Below are positions 24,660 through 37,515 of a stretch of DNA of 64,000 bases, piece after piece (position 1 is the first letter of the stretch; each line of letters starts with the position of its first letter). The notes below the pieces were generated by a model. That model searched no databases, was not told where the DNA came from, and worked only from the letters and a program-made list of their open reading frames with translations. Source of the DNA: Octopus sinensis (Eukaryota); the NCBI RefSeq assembly GCF_006345805.1, contig NC_043001.1:25048001-25112000 (forward strand). The letters run 5' to 3'. The position numbers and the translations under genes were made by a program.

Positions 24660-24784
24660 TCATGAGTTTCCCCTCATGAGGCAAGCACCCATTTTCTTGA
24701 GCATAAAAACTGTCAGCCCTAAAATTGAACAGATAGTGAACCAAGGACGACCCTTACTATCATATCCTATTTGATATTTATTGC
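24660..24784 (-). other. Candidate exon segment with strong acceptor and short open frame NKYQIGYDSKGRPWFTICSILGLTVFMLKKMGACLMRGNS*
   Basis: Minus acceptor tctcttctgctgtatctctctcccag|GC in apparently unique sequence; no homolog recognised. Confidence 0.2.
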
Positions 24785-24867
24785 CTGGGAGAGAGATACA
24801 GCAGAAGAGAATTGTAAAGTAGTACAGTGTGATACTGTTGTATAGGATGTAGTAAAAAAAATAATAA

Positions 24868-25096
24868 ATGCACCCTTTTAAAGCCTAGCCAGGCTCATGG
24901 GCCCAGTTTCCCGGTTTCAATGGCATATGTGTTCCCCAGCTGGATGGGACACCAGTCCATCGCAGCATTACTCATTTTTGCTAGCTGAGTGGACTGGAGC
25001 AACATGAAATGAAGTGTTTTGCGCAAGAACACAACGCGTTGCTCGGTCCAGGAATCAAAACCACAATCTTACGATCATGATGCTGACACCCTAACC
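24868..25096 (-). mobile_element. SINE family D (head D2)
   Basis: Closely similar to 17793-18032. Confidence 0.88.
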
Positions 25097-25666
25097 ACTA
25101 AGCCACATGCCTCCACATAGAATGTAATGCTTGCAGATATTCCAATATATTCCCTTTTCACTCACATGTTTATGTAATCCGGAAACTTATTCCAATATTT
25201 CTATATTTTATATTTACTGTTTAACTCATTCCTCTCGCAAGAGCTTAGATCTAATTTCTAATTAATTCGGTAATTCATTATTGGCTGTTCCCTCTCCCCC
25301 TCTCGTCTCCTCTAATCAGCTACAAGAGAGAGAAGATAATAGCAGAGAGTCCTTTAATGCATGACTCTTCAATAGAGACATTGACAGGCAATCTACTCTA
25401 CCAATTTCACTCCAAACAACAAAAATAACCAATTCAAATACAGCAATACCTTGCTTGGCAATCTCTCACTTGCCAATATCCTGCTTTAATTATATTTTTC
25501 TTAAAATTATAAAGCCAGAAACTTAATAGTTAATTATGTAAAATAAATGCTAAACATTAATAGTGATTGCTTTAATGGTTTAATTACAGCAAATTGCTTG
25601 AATAATGTGTGCATGAGAGTTTGCCGTTCCTTCAGTCAATCACTTTGGATATTTATGTTGCGCATG

Positions 25667-25890
25667 AAGGTGGCAAGCTGGCGGAATTGTTAACAGCATA
25701 CTGGACAAAATACTTGGTGGTATTTCATGCATCTTTATGTTCTGAGTTCAAATTCCATCAAATTCGATTCTGCTTTTCATACTCACAGGAAAGGGGCGAT
25801 AAAATAATAGTTAAGTAATAGGGTTAATGTCATTGGCTAGACCCCACTCCCACAGAGTTTCAGGCCTTGTGTTTATAGCATAAAGGATAT
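25667..25890 (+). mobile_element. SINE family C, diverged
   Basis: aaggtggcaagctggcggaattgtta...gttctgagttcaaattcc. Confidence 0.75.
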
Positions 25891-25910
25891 TTATATTGTA
25901 AATGTATATA

Positions 25911-26325
25911 GGCGGAGGAGTGGCTGTGTGGTAAGTAGCTTGCTTATGAACCACATGGTTCCGGGTTCAGTCCCACTGTGTGGCACCTTGCATAAATGTC
26001 TTCCACTATAGCCTCGGGTCGACCAAAGCCTTGTGAGTGGATTTGGTAGATGGAAACTGAAAGAAGCCCGTCGTATATATGTATATATCTATATGTGTAT
26101 GTGTGTGTGTATATGTTTGTGTGCCTGTGTTTGTCCCCCCAACATCGCTTGACAACCGATGCTGGTGTGTTTACGTCCCCCATAACTTAGCGGTTTGGCA
26201 AAAGAGACTGATAGAATAAGTACTAGGCTTACAAAGAATAAGTCCCAGGGTCAATTTGCTCGACTAAAGGCGGTGCTCCAGCAGATGACTGAAACAAGTA
26301 AAAGAGTAAAATAGAGTAAAGAGTA
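25911..26325 (+). mobile_element. SINE family A
   Basis: Full head-to-tail match to family A. Confidence 0.9.
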
Positions 26326-26514
26326 TTGTTTCCATATTCTCTCTACAACTCTTGAAAATTTTGGATTAATTCATTATGAATTAATTGAAACTGTGGAAAA
26401 GCTAAAGATGATTGGTCAATGAAAACTACTGTTTATTACTTCATTCACAAAGAGTTTGACAAAACCTTTTCACATATTCAAAAAGAAATTGAGATTTTAT
26501 CATCTCAAGATTCA

Positions 26515-26895
26515 CGGCACTCTGTCAGTTATGACGACAAGGGTTCTAGTTGATCCGATCAACAGAACAGCCTGCTCATGAAATTAATGTGCAAGTGGCT
26601 GAGCACTCCACGGACATGTGTACCCTTAATGTAGTTCTTGGGGAGATTAAGCATGACACAGAGTGTGACAAGGCTGGCCCTTTGAAATACAGGTACGACA
26701 GAAACAGGAAGAAAGAGTGAGAGAAAGTTGTGGTGAAAGAGTACAGCAGGGTTTGCCACCACCCCCTGCCAGAGCCTCGTGAAGCTTTAGGTGTTTTCAC
26801 TCAATAAACACTCACAATGCCTGGTCTGGGAATTGAAACCACGATCCTACAACCGCGAGTCCACTGCCCTAACCACTGGGCCATTGCACTTCCAC
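26515..26895 (-). mobile_element. SINE family D (head D1, long tail)
   Basis: Head and body match 31032; flanked by direct repeat tctcaagatt. Confidence 0.85.
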
Positions 26896-27387
26896 TTCTC
26901 AAGATTAAGATATCAAGGAAAGAAGAAAATTTGCCGCAGGTTGAAATGCATTTCATCTGCTATTGTAAAATTTTTAAAGAAATCTATAATAGAAACAAGG
27001 AACTCATGAAACACTAATGCATAAAAGAATCCTTCTTCTTGAATTAAACTAAATGTAAGCAGCAAAGCTACATCAAGTGATGAATACAGAAAAAGCAACA
27101 AAATCTTTTGAGTGAAGTATAAAAATCTAGAGATATTTGACAAGCATTTAAACCAGCCATATCAGGCCCAAATATTCTGTTTTATGTTCAAACCAGCCAG
27201 ATACAGCATCTCACACCTATCCTACAAAGTCATAGTGAAAATAAACAATCACCTCATCAAAATCTGAAGGCTACATGATAATGCATGATTAATTCAAAGC
27301 AATATGAATAAATAAGCATTACAGAGTTATCTGAACGGTTATGCATAAATTATTTTATTATTCCTTATTTTAAAAAGATAATAAATG

Positions 27388-27633
27388 TTCCTTCTCGAGC
27401 CATGCCAGGCTCATAAGGACCGGTTTCCTGGTTTCAGTGGCGTAGAAATTCCCCACCTGGACAGGACATCGGTCCATCGCAGGATTGCTCATTTTTGCCA
27501 GCTGAGTGGACTGGAGCAACGTGAAATGAAGTGCTTTGCTCAAGAACACAACGCATCGCCTGGTCCAGGAATTGAAACCACAACCTTACGATCATGAGTT
27601 CAACACCCTAAACACTAAGCTACATGCCTCCAC
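27388..27633 (-). mobile_element. SINE family D (head D2, tail ending CTCGAGAAGGAACA)
   Basis: Head as at 24868, tail as at 53748. Confidence 0.85.
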
Positions 27634-28593
27634 TATTCTTTATTTAACATTTAAAAAAATGTCTTGTGTCAGATCACATCAGAAAGAACTGCAACAAGTG
27701 GTTTTACATTACTTGTATGTGGTTTAGTCTCTCGTTTAATGATTGATCATTTAGAAATGAATTGATTCATTTAGCTGAGGTACTCTTGTAGTGCTTTTCA
27801 ATTAAGCAGCTAACGATCTGTGACCTTTTTGCTGAAACCTCTGCTCTTATTGACATATCACAATACATAATTGGTATGGAGAACATTAAGTGATTTAAAT
27901 TTACAGATATCAAGTTTGTGGGGTTGAATGAAAAAAATATGGATAATTCAAGTGGAAATTGATTTCTGGTCGAAATGGGGGTCAAAGTAAATATTACAAT
28001 GGTGATGATAATTACAGTGGAACCAGCAGGAAGAGGTTTGAATGGAGATACAAAGGAAGATAAGAATATGACTGCTTTCTTATGATGCCATTTAGGCTGT
28101 AGGAATTGTCTTTATTGATTTCAATTTTATCCCACTAAGTACTGTTTGTTTGCCTGAAAAGCATCAAGACTTCAGCTTAATTAATAAATATATCCAACAG
28201 CTGGTGAAAATTATGATGTATTAGTGTTAATTCATTGAATTAGCCATGTGGTAGCACAAACATTAGGGACACTAAGGAAAATCACTATTCAATCAGGCAA
28301 CTATGGGTATGATATGGAAAAATTTTCTTAGGTATTTCTTCTGTACAAAGAACAAACAGTTCAGTGTAGTGAACGAAGAAAAAATTTTAATCCCATTAAA
28401 ATTACATATGTAAAGGAAAGAAAAATCATATGCAGTAATGGTAACTCTTATCAAAAAGGGCAAGAAACACAACTCTGAAATGCAGATTAATTAAAAATTG
28501 AGTGAAGGAATGTAGTGGGGCATGAACCAGGGTGAACAGAATATAAACTACTATAGGTATACATGGATATCAAAATATTATCCAAACACTCAC

Positions 28594-28700
28594 CACAAAT
28601 GTTTTCTTGTTTCTTTTTTTCTTCTTCTTTAGTCAACAATGGTTAACCATTGGTTAGGCATTACAATGTTGAGAACCTTCAGACAGTGATGGCATAATAC
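28594..28700 (-). other. Candidate spliced exon (107 nt; stops in all three frames)
   Basis: Minus acceptor ttttctatttgcttttttag|GT and donor GTG|gtgagt, both near consensus. Confidence 0.3.
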
Positions 28701-29128
28701 CTAAAAAAGCAAATAGAAAACAAACCACGAAGGAGATTAGGATTCAAAGACACATGATAAATCTTAGCAAATAACTAAAATTCTATGAACCTCATGTTTT
28801 AGCCTCTCTAGACACTAACCAACAAGTCCATTCTCTCAATGATGAACCTCAAAAGAATTGATGGAAATTCAAAATTAAATGTACATTTCCATTACAACAT
28901 TACTTTTGTTGGTTGTTTCTTCCTTGTCGCCAATATAACTACATTGTCTTTGATAATAAATGTCCCCACTTTTAAAGCAAATTATATGGATTCAGATAAT
29001 AATAGAATTTACAATTATGAGGCAACAGTTTTTGATGTTCTGCGACAATGGTAATTATATTCCTCTACACAATACTACCAAAACAATAGTTGTGACAGCT
29101 TTCCTAGTGGAAGTCATTGAGTTCTCAT

Positions 29129-29653
29129 AGCATTTAAACTGGCCCTTATCCATCTCAAAAATTCTTCCTGTTTTAGGCTCAAACTGGCCACATCTGGCTT
29201 CTCACACCAATCCTATGAAGTCATTCTAAAATTAAACAATCACATCATTGAAATCTCAAAGCTATGAGATAATGCATGATCAAATCAAAACAATCGTCAT
29301 CATCATCATCATTTAGCGTCCGCTTTCCATGCTAGCATGAGTTGGACGATTTTACTGAGGACTGGCGAACCAGACTCCAATCTAATCTGGCAGAGTTTCT
29401 ACAGCTGGATGCCCTTCCTAACGCCAACCACTCTGAGAGTGTAGTGGGTGCATTTACGTGTGACTGGCACGAGGGCCAGTTTGGTGGTACTGGCAACGGC
29501 CATGCCCAAATGGTGCTTTTTACGTGCCACCTGCACAGGAGCTAGTCCAGCGGCACTGGTGACGACCTCACTCGAATGTTTCACATGCCACAAGCACAAT
29601 GTGAATAAATAAGCATTACATTTGACAGAATAATCTAAATGCTAAAGGATTAA
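29129..29653. mobile_element. piggyBac-like MITE family 2, split by a family B SINE (29295-29596)
   Basis: Reverse-complement match to 35539-36192; right end aatgctaaaggattaa; partial third copy near 27144-27340. Confidence 0.8.
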
Positions 29654-29909
29654 CAGATCTTAATTTTTATGTAACTGCTTATTGGATTAAATTAAATTGA
29701 ATACTAATTGAAACACATTATGAACATATTGTGCACTGAATTCAGAATAGGTAGCCAACTTAGTAACAGTTCTTTTATTGATAACTTGTCTCTCTAGTCA
29801 ACTAACTCCCTTTTTCATTTCCATCCTTTAATGAATGTTGTAATTGAAGAGTTATAAAAAATCATGTTATTGCTGTCTTAACTGTTAATTTCATCTTAAA
29901 ATCCCTTAA

Positions 29910-30129
29910 CCCTTTCGTTACTGTATTTATTTTGAGATGCTCTGTGTTTCTTTCAATTACTTGAAATATAACAAAGAATTCAGTAAAATAACTTAGTTAT
30001 CATTCAGCTAGTGTTAGGAACATAAATTGTGACTAAGATTTAGTGGAAGATTTTAATTCAAAACTTATGAAAACAAGACATTTGTACTCAGAGCTAGAGA
30101 CAGTTTCAACCAGGTTGGTAACAAAAGGG
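29910..30129. mobile_element. piggyBac-like MITE family 1 between ~125-bp direct repeats (29784-29909 and 30139-30265)
   Basis: TTAA TSDs and CCCTTT/AAAGGG ends; flank acttgtct.tctagtcaactaact...cttaaaatcccttaa occurs on both sides. Confidence 0.9.
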
Positions 30130-31031
30130 TTAATGATGACTTGTCTTTCTAGTCAACTAACTTCCTTTTTTCATTTCCATCCTTTAATGAATGTTGTAAA
30201 TGAAGAGTTATACAAAATCATGTTGTTGCTGTCTTAACTGTTAACTTCATCTTAAAATCCCTTAAACAACTTAAACTCCATCATTAGAACCCTCTACGTA
30301 TGTCCCACTGAATCTGACTCTTGGTAGTTATTCTGTTACCTCTTATGATGTTCAGTGATACAGTGTACCTGTTCTATAAACTGGGATTCTCAAAGAAATT
30401 TGTGATATATTCCTTTTGAAGACTACATAAAAGAATAAATTTGATGATGATGATGAACAAGAAATATTTTACAAAACAATTTTAATTACATTAAAATAAA
30501 AAAGCTTATCTGTTTTTCTGATATCTATTTCTATCTCCGCCTGCAAGGATCTGATATCAGCATTTGATCCCCAAAAACAACTACTTGTAAGGTTCCAACC
30601 ACTTTAGCATTCCACACCTGAATTGTTTTCTCTGTTCTTATCTGCTCTTCTACCTGATAAATGTGGCTAGAAATTTTAATGCCTTAAGATTCTACTACAT
30701 CTTTTTTATGTGGTACAAATATATTATGTCTCACTGACAAATCAAATAGATAATGTATAAAAATTGTATTAATGTTTCTCAGATATGTCAGATGATACTC
30801 ATCTTTCAGATAATATCCATCATCCTTGGTTGTTTATGGTTTCTTTTGTATGCTGCCATTGAGTTTGTTAAGTTCTTGTCTTAGTGTATACCTTCATACT
30901 TGACTGCACTAATCCTAACGAGGCAACCACAGTTTACAATTCATTCAAAAAAACTTAGTAAATATATGTGCAGTAAAATCCACTGCACATCTTTTTATCA
31001 TGAAAATTATATGGCAATATGCATGTATGTG

Positions 31032-31540
31032 TGGAGGCGCAATGGCCCAGTGGTTAGGGCAGTGGACTCGCAGCCGTAGGATTGTGGTTTCGATTCCCAG
31101 ACCAGGCATTGTGAGTGTTTATTGAGCGAAAACACTTAAAGCTCCACAAGGCTCCAGCAGGGGGTGGTGGTGGCCCCTTCTGTACTCTTTCACCACAACT
31201 TTCTCTCACTCTTACTTCCTGTTTCTGTTGTACCTGTATTTCAAAGTGCCAGCCTTGTCACACTCTGTGTCACGCTGAATCTCCCCGAGAACTACGTTAA
31301 GGGTACACATGTCTGTGGAGTGCTCAGCCACTTACGCATTAATAAATGAGATGCGACGTCACTGGTGCCAAGCTGTATCAGCCTTTGCCTTTCCCTTGGA
31401 TAACATTGGTGGCATGGAGAGGGGAAACTGGTATGCATGGGCGACTGCTGGTCTTCCATAAACAACCTTGCCCAGACATGTGCCTTGGAGGGTAACTTTG
31501 TAGGTGCAATCCCATGGTCATTCATGACTGAAGGGGGTCA
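31032..31540 (+). mobile_element. SINE family D chimera (head D1 plus tail shared with 39533)
   Basis: GGAGGCGCAATGGCCCAGTGGTTAGGG head; switches after cacttacgcattaat to the tail ...catggtcattcatgactgaagggggtc. Confidence 0.85.
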
Positions 31541-33448
31541 CATACACAATACATGTGTGTATCTCAAAAAATACCTCACCTATCACTACAGAACTGCTTA
31601 ATCAGAGATGACCTGGCACTACACAACAACAATGGCAGCAGCAGAAAGTACCAAAAATTCATCTAAATCGCATACTCCAAAACCATATCAAGAGGCAACA
31701 CAAAATAAACAGACCACACAGGATAATGTAGGACTATGACACACCTGAGGCTAAACAACAAAAGGCAAACAGTCTCATACACAGACAGCATCACAGTCAC
31801 TTCCTACCATTCTCCAGATAAAACTTTCAGTCTATGTCAACTTCTTGTCTTGAAACAAAGACTATAAGCAGAACCTATCAAATTCACCATCTTCTTGATT
31901 ACCAACAGTACCAGAGAATATCAAACATAATCACAACACATTCAGCAACTCTGGTAAATGTACCAGAGCCTATAAGAGAATCATTACAAGGTATTTTTTA
32001 TCTGAAAAAAAAACACCAAATCTCCCTCAAATCACATCTGACCTTCTTAAAAAGAAACACAGCGAATAATATAGTCCAGAATACATTTTTGAAGGAAAGG
32101 ATAGGATTTCTATGATTGGAATGCCTTTTCATCATAGCTCTACATGATCACTTTATCTATAAGAAAAATAGCAGCTAAATCTCCCTCAAATAACAGCCTA
32201 CTAAATTAAAAATGAGCACACTGAATAAAAGAGTCCTAAATGAAATAAAGACAGAACAGTTAAGACTGGAATACCTTTGACCATAGGTCTGCTCATTAAA
32301 ACCTCAACTTGGAGTTAAACAGGACAACAGAAAACAAAATTAAGTCAGCTTGAAAGCCGCAGGAAATTAAACCAAAATAGGATAAAAGTCTAATGGCAAA
32401 GAGTCAACCAGAAGAAGCTAATCAGTTACTTAGTATTATTGGTTCAATTTCTATCAAAATTGACTGAAGTTGCATGACTGTGACATAGAAATGAATGGCA
32501 TCAAAAAGAAATGTCTTCACTTTGTAATTGAAAATACCATTAATTATATCCTTTGTTCTTCAACAGCTCATATACAATGTTTGTTTAACATAGCATATTT
32601 TGCAGATAAGTAATTAATAATAGAAAAAAATTATTACTCCCATATTCTGACAATATAATTGTACAATGCAGTACAAAATAGAAATCATATTCTAATAAAT
32701 GAATAAATAAATAAATAAATAAATAAGAAGAAATATGCAATATTTGAGAAAACCTGAACACAAAGAATAACTTAACATTTCTTCAGGGGAAAGATTTTAA
32801 GATTAAATTATTGCTTAAGACTATCATCATCTTTGATGAGCAATTCTTTACACTCTAGAACTACTTCGAGTACAATAAGCTAGATCCTAAAACACTAATA
32901 AATAGAAGCATTCAGTACAGACAGGTATTATGTTGGGAGTATTTCAATTTTACAATTACTAGTGATATATAGATTCATCATTTTTTTAACTGTTTCAATT
33001 ATGAAATTCTAAGAAATCTTCCTTGCATTAAGCAAACATTATATTATCTGCGAAAATACTGAATTTATTAAATATAATTTTACAAAGAGAAGTAAAATTC
33101 TCTCCTTTCTGTTAATTCCCATGAGCAAAACTAATTTATATTTGTACTTCAGTTTTTGTTCGTTTTTTTTTTTTTTGGTTTGTTTTTTCAGCTGTCTCTA
33201 AATTGTCTACTAACTAGTGTCAACCGTTGTTAATTAAGAATGCAGAAAATTTCCATCTCAGAGACTGAATAATCTAACACCTGTCATTTTCACAGGCAAC
33301 TATGATCTCACAAAATGCTACAATAAAATGAATACCCAAAGAGTAAATATTAGAAAGATTTTCAAAGCTGACTGCAACAGGTGACGTAAATAACATCTCT
33401 GAAAATAATTCCAGCACTGCCGCCATAGATTTCAGCAGCATGGCTTAC

Positions 33449-33487
33449 AGTTTGGAAATTAGTAACGACATTCTCTTCAGTGAAACA
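33449..33487 (-). other. Candidate 39-nt micro-exon
   Basis: Minus acceptor attttttttag|TG and donor ACT|gtaagc; open as CFTEENVVTNFQT. Confidence 0.2.
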
Positions 33488-33912
33488 CTAAAAAAAATAT
33501 ATATATTTACAGCAAAATTGCTTTATCAAATTACTTTATCCTCTGATCTGATGAGAGTATTAGAGCTTACAATTCACCAATAACTAGCATCCTTCTAAAC
33601 TGAAGTTTCAATTTTGTTATGCGCCTAAGAAAATTAAATGTCACTAGGTTTGAAAAGATGAAAAAGTTTCACATTCTCCATTCACCTCTCTGTCTCTCTC
33701 TCTCTCTTCATGAATAACTATATCACCCTTTCAAGTTTATTGACAGAATTACAGAGGTATTTAAGGTAAAAATTTTCTTAAACACTTCTCATCTAAATTC
33801 TGAATTAAAATAATGGCAGAGTAGAAATTACTTCTGAATGCTTCAAGATGTATAACCTGCACCAGTAACTGGAGTCAAATCAATACGTGCACCTTTCCTA
33901 ATTAACACTCCT

Positions 33913-34315
33913 AGGCATAGGAGTGGCTGTGTGGTAAGTAGCTTGCTTACGAACCACATGGTTCCGGGTTCAGTCCCACTGTGTGACACCTCGGGCAAGT
34001 GTCTTCTACTATAGCCTTGGGGCAACCAAAGCTTTGTGAGTGGATTTGGTAGATGGAAACTTAAAAAGAAGCCCGTCGTATATATATATATATATATATG
34101 CATGTCTGTGAGTCTGTGTTTGTCCCCCCAACATCACTTGACAACCAATGCTAGTGTGTTTACGTCCACGTAACTTAGCTGTTCAGCAAAAGAGACCGAT
34201 AGAATAAGTACTAGGCTTACAAAGAATAAGTCCTGGGGTCGATTTGCTCGACTAAAGGTGGTGCTCCCGCATGGCCACAGTCAAATGACTGAAACAAGTA
34301 AAAGAGTAAAAGAGT
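33913..34315 (+). mobile_element. SINE family A
   Basis: Full match to family A. Confidence 0.9.
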
Positions 34316-34658
34316 ATTTACTTTGGTTAACTACAGGGATGGATCTCCATCGTTCAATGATGAGGATCCAGTTTGATCAACAGAATTACCCATTTCCGAA
34401 TTGACATGCAAGCAACTGAGCATTCTATCAATTTAATGTCCATGTTTCCAAACTTACATGGGTCAGGTGGAAATCTCTGAGACATATTTTCTAAGGCCAA
34501 ATGCCCTGCCTGCCACCAACCCTCTCCCACTTCCAAGTAAGATAATATTTCCTCAGAGCCAGACATGTTTATACAGAAAATTTGAAATGACGGACACTGC
34601 TTGTATAATGGTGACACTCTTTTACAAATATCATGCAATGTCAAGACAAAGCAATACA

Positions 34659-35267
34659 TATTTCTTTACTACCCACAAGGGGCTAAACACAGAGAGGACA
34701 AACAAGGACAGACAAACGGATTAAGTTGATTATATCGACCTCAGTGCGTAACTGGTACTTATTTAATCGACCCCAGTGCGTAACTGGTACTTATTTAATC
34801 GACCCCAGTGCATAACTGGTACTTATTTAATTGACCCCAGTGCGTAACTGGTACTTATTTAATCGACCCCAGTGTGTAACTGGTACTTATTTAATCAACC
34901 CCAATGCGTAACTGGTACTTATTTAAATGACCCCAATGCATAACTGGTACTTATTTAATTGACCCCGAAAGGATGAAAGGCAAAGTCGACCTTGGCGGAG
35001 TTTGAACTCAGAACGTAGCAGCAGACGGAATACCTATTTCTTTACTACCCACAAGGGGCTAAACACAGAGGGGACAAACAAGGACAGACAAACAGATTAA
35101 GTCAATTACATCGACCCCAGTGTGTAACTGGTACTTATTTAATCGACCCCGAAAGGATGAAAGGCAAAGTCGACCTTGGTGGAGTTTGAACTCAGAACGT
35201 AGCAGCAGACGAAATACCGCTACGCATTTTGCCCGGCGTGCTAATGTTTCTGCCAGCTCGCCGCCTT
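34659..35267 (-). mobile_element. SINE family C partial dimer with internal 7 x 32-bp expansion
   Basis: 16-bp TSD aagacaaagcaataca (34643-34658 and 35268-35283); array atcgaccccagtgcgtaactggtacttattta at 34734-34957. Confidence 0.92.
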
Positions 35268-35538
35268 AAGACAAAGCAATACAGACACACAAACACACAC
35301 ACATATAGACAGATATATACTCAACAGACTTCTTTCAGTTTACCAAATCCATTCACAAGGCTTTGGTCAGCACCTTGGTCTATAGTAGAAAATAGTTGTC
35401 CAAGGTGCCATACAGTGGAATAATCTTGAAACCATTTTGGGAAAAAAACTTCACACTTACACAGCCACGCCTGTGCCTACCCTCAACATAATTCTCAGAC
35501 ATAATCAGAGAGGGACAAGGCTGTACCCTTTGAATTAA

Positions 35539-35823
35539 CCCTTTAGCATTCAGATTACTCTGTCAAATGTAAGGCTTATTTATTCACATTGTTTTGATTT
35601 AATCATTCAGGATCTTGTATATTCTTTTACTTGTTTCGGACATTTGACTGTGGCCATGCAGGAGCAGCGCCTTTAGTCGAGCAAATCGACCCCAGGAATT
35701 ATTCTTTGTAAGCCCAGTACTTATTCTATCGGTCTCTTTTGCCAAACCGCCAAGTTACGGGGACGTAAACACACCAACATTGGTTGTCAAGCGATGTTGG
35801 GGGAACAAACACAGACACACAAG

Positions 35824-35887
<64 letters not shown>

Positions 35888-36192
35888 TACGATGGGCTTC
35901 TTTCAGTTTCTGTTTACCAAATTCACTCACAAGGCTTTGGTCAGCCCGAGGTTATAGTAGAAGACACTTGCCCAAGGTGCCATGCAGTGGGACTGAACCC
36001 AGAATCATGTGGTTGGTAAGCAAACTACTTACCACACAGCCATTCCTGTATCTTAGAGATTTTTATGATGTGATTGTTTATTCTTAGAATGACATTGTAG
36101 GGTAAGTTCAAGGAGTTGGATTTGGCCAGTTTCAACATAAAGCAACGTAGAATATCTGTGCTGAATATATGATCTGTTTAAATGCTGAAGGG
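35539..36192. mobile_element. piggyBac-like MITE family 2, split by a minus-strand SINE A (35622-36050)
   Basis: TTAA-CCCTTTAGCATT...AATGCTGAAGGG-TTAA. Confidence 0.88.
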
Positions 36193-36437
36193 TTAAAGGT
36201 ACAATCCACCCAGTAGGTTTCTATACAGTTACTATCTACCCAGTTTCAATCTCATGCTATGAAACCAACCTAAAGCTAAAGAAAATGACATTTGTCCAAG
36301 AATAACATGCTTATAATCTGAAGATTTTTCATCCATTAAAATCAAACAACGAGAAAAATAGAAAAAGAGAAGAGAGAGATTTCTTATAACTATGACTTAG
36401 TCATACTAAAATTCTACTGTTATGAACCCAATTTTGT

Positions 36438-36820
36438 GAAGTATATTTGCCATCTAAATGTGGCTAATCACTAAGGGTGGATGTTACTGTAGCTTGTAGC
36501 CTCAGGAGAACAACTTCTCCAGCTGGCTATTGACACACTTTCTGTGCCCTATCGGTATTTGAAAGGGAAGCAATCCTTCCCATCGTCGACCTCACGTGAT
36601 ACGCACAGACCCGGGTCTCTGGGTATTTACCCATCATCAGCGCACGACAATCACCGGTCTTCGATGCAAAGGGGTCCCAATGCAAATACATATATCTTTT
36701 TTCCAGTGACTTTTCGTCGCTGATCTTGAAAAAGTGTAAACAAGCAATAATAAATCTCTGAACAAGGTATAAACAGTAACTGCAGTTACTGTTTATACCT
36801 CATTCAGAGATTTATTATTG
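36438..36820 (-). mobile_element. ~380-bp non-coding Penelope-like insertion with hammerhead, terminal 76-bp palindrome and 15-bp TSD
   Basis: TSD TGAACCCAATTTTGT at 36423-36437 and 36819-36833; palindrome 36745-36820. Confidence 0.8.
36603..36645 (-). ncRNA. Compact type I hammerhead ribozyme-like motif
   Basis: Minus strand reads GTGCG-CTGATGA-TGGGTA aa TACCCA-GAGA-CCCGGG-TC-TGTGC. One core substitution (GAAA to GAGA); palindromic stem III. Confidence 0.78.
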
Positions 36821-37084
36821 AACCCAATTTTGTTATTTTGGAAAAAAATACTAACTACTTTTTGTCATGAGCTTGTGTTTAAAGTGGAAGGTGAAAGAGA
36901 ATACAGTTGCATTCAAACCTTTTTCACATGGAAATTGAAACTGAATTACTGACTCAGCTCATAAGTAGATAACTTCTAATGTAAATCCTTTTGTAAATAA
37001 AAATTTCCTAGGTTAGTATACAGTCACAGATGTGTAAGAGAGGGATATAACTGATTGAATTTACCCTAGAATGTGACTTGTCTT

Positions 37085-37515
37085 TATTTTATCAACCCTG
37101 AATATATCAACGGAAATAGTAGTTGTGATACCTGTGCTGGTGGCACATAAAAAGCACCATCCGAACGTGGCCGATGCCAGTGCCGCCTCGACTGGCTTCT
37201 GTGTCAGTGGTACATAAAAAGCACCATCCAAACGTGGCCGATGCCAGTGCCACCTTGACTGGCCTCCGTGCCGGTGGCACGTTAAAAGCACCAACTGATC
37301 ATGGCCTATGCCAGACTTCCCTGGCTCCTGTGCCGGTGGCATGTAAAAAGCACCCACTACACTCGCGAAGTGGTTGGCGTTAGGAAGGGCATCCAGCAGT
37401 AGAAACACTGCCAGATCAGACTGGAGCCTGGTGCAGACCCTGGCTTCCCAGACCCCGGTCAAACCATCCAACCCATGCTAGCACAGAAAACGGACATTAA
37501 ACGATGATGATGATG
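37085..37515 (+). mobile_element. SINE family B
   Basis: Internal tandem GTGGCAC.TAAAAAGCACC units and family B tail with (GAT)n. Confidence 0.88.

Noticed and set aside
31032-31105. tRNA gene
   Set aside because: A and B boxes are present, but it is a SINE head running into a SINE body with no acceptor stem or terminator
33296-33380. Plus-strand 85-nt exon candidate with one open frame
   Set aside because: Weak donor (gtgacg), no recognisable peptide and no supporting neighbouring exons
33545-33605. CTGATGAG as another hammerhead
   Set aside because: No matching stem II or GAAAC-GUH segment found downstream
34734-34957. CRISPR-like 32-bp repeat array
   Set aside because: Units are contiguous with no unique spacers, derive from the SINE C body, and there are no cas genes in this eukaryotic context
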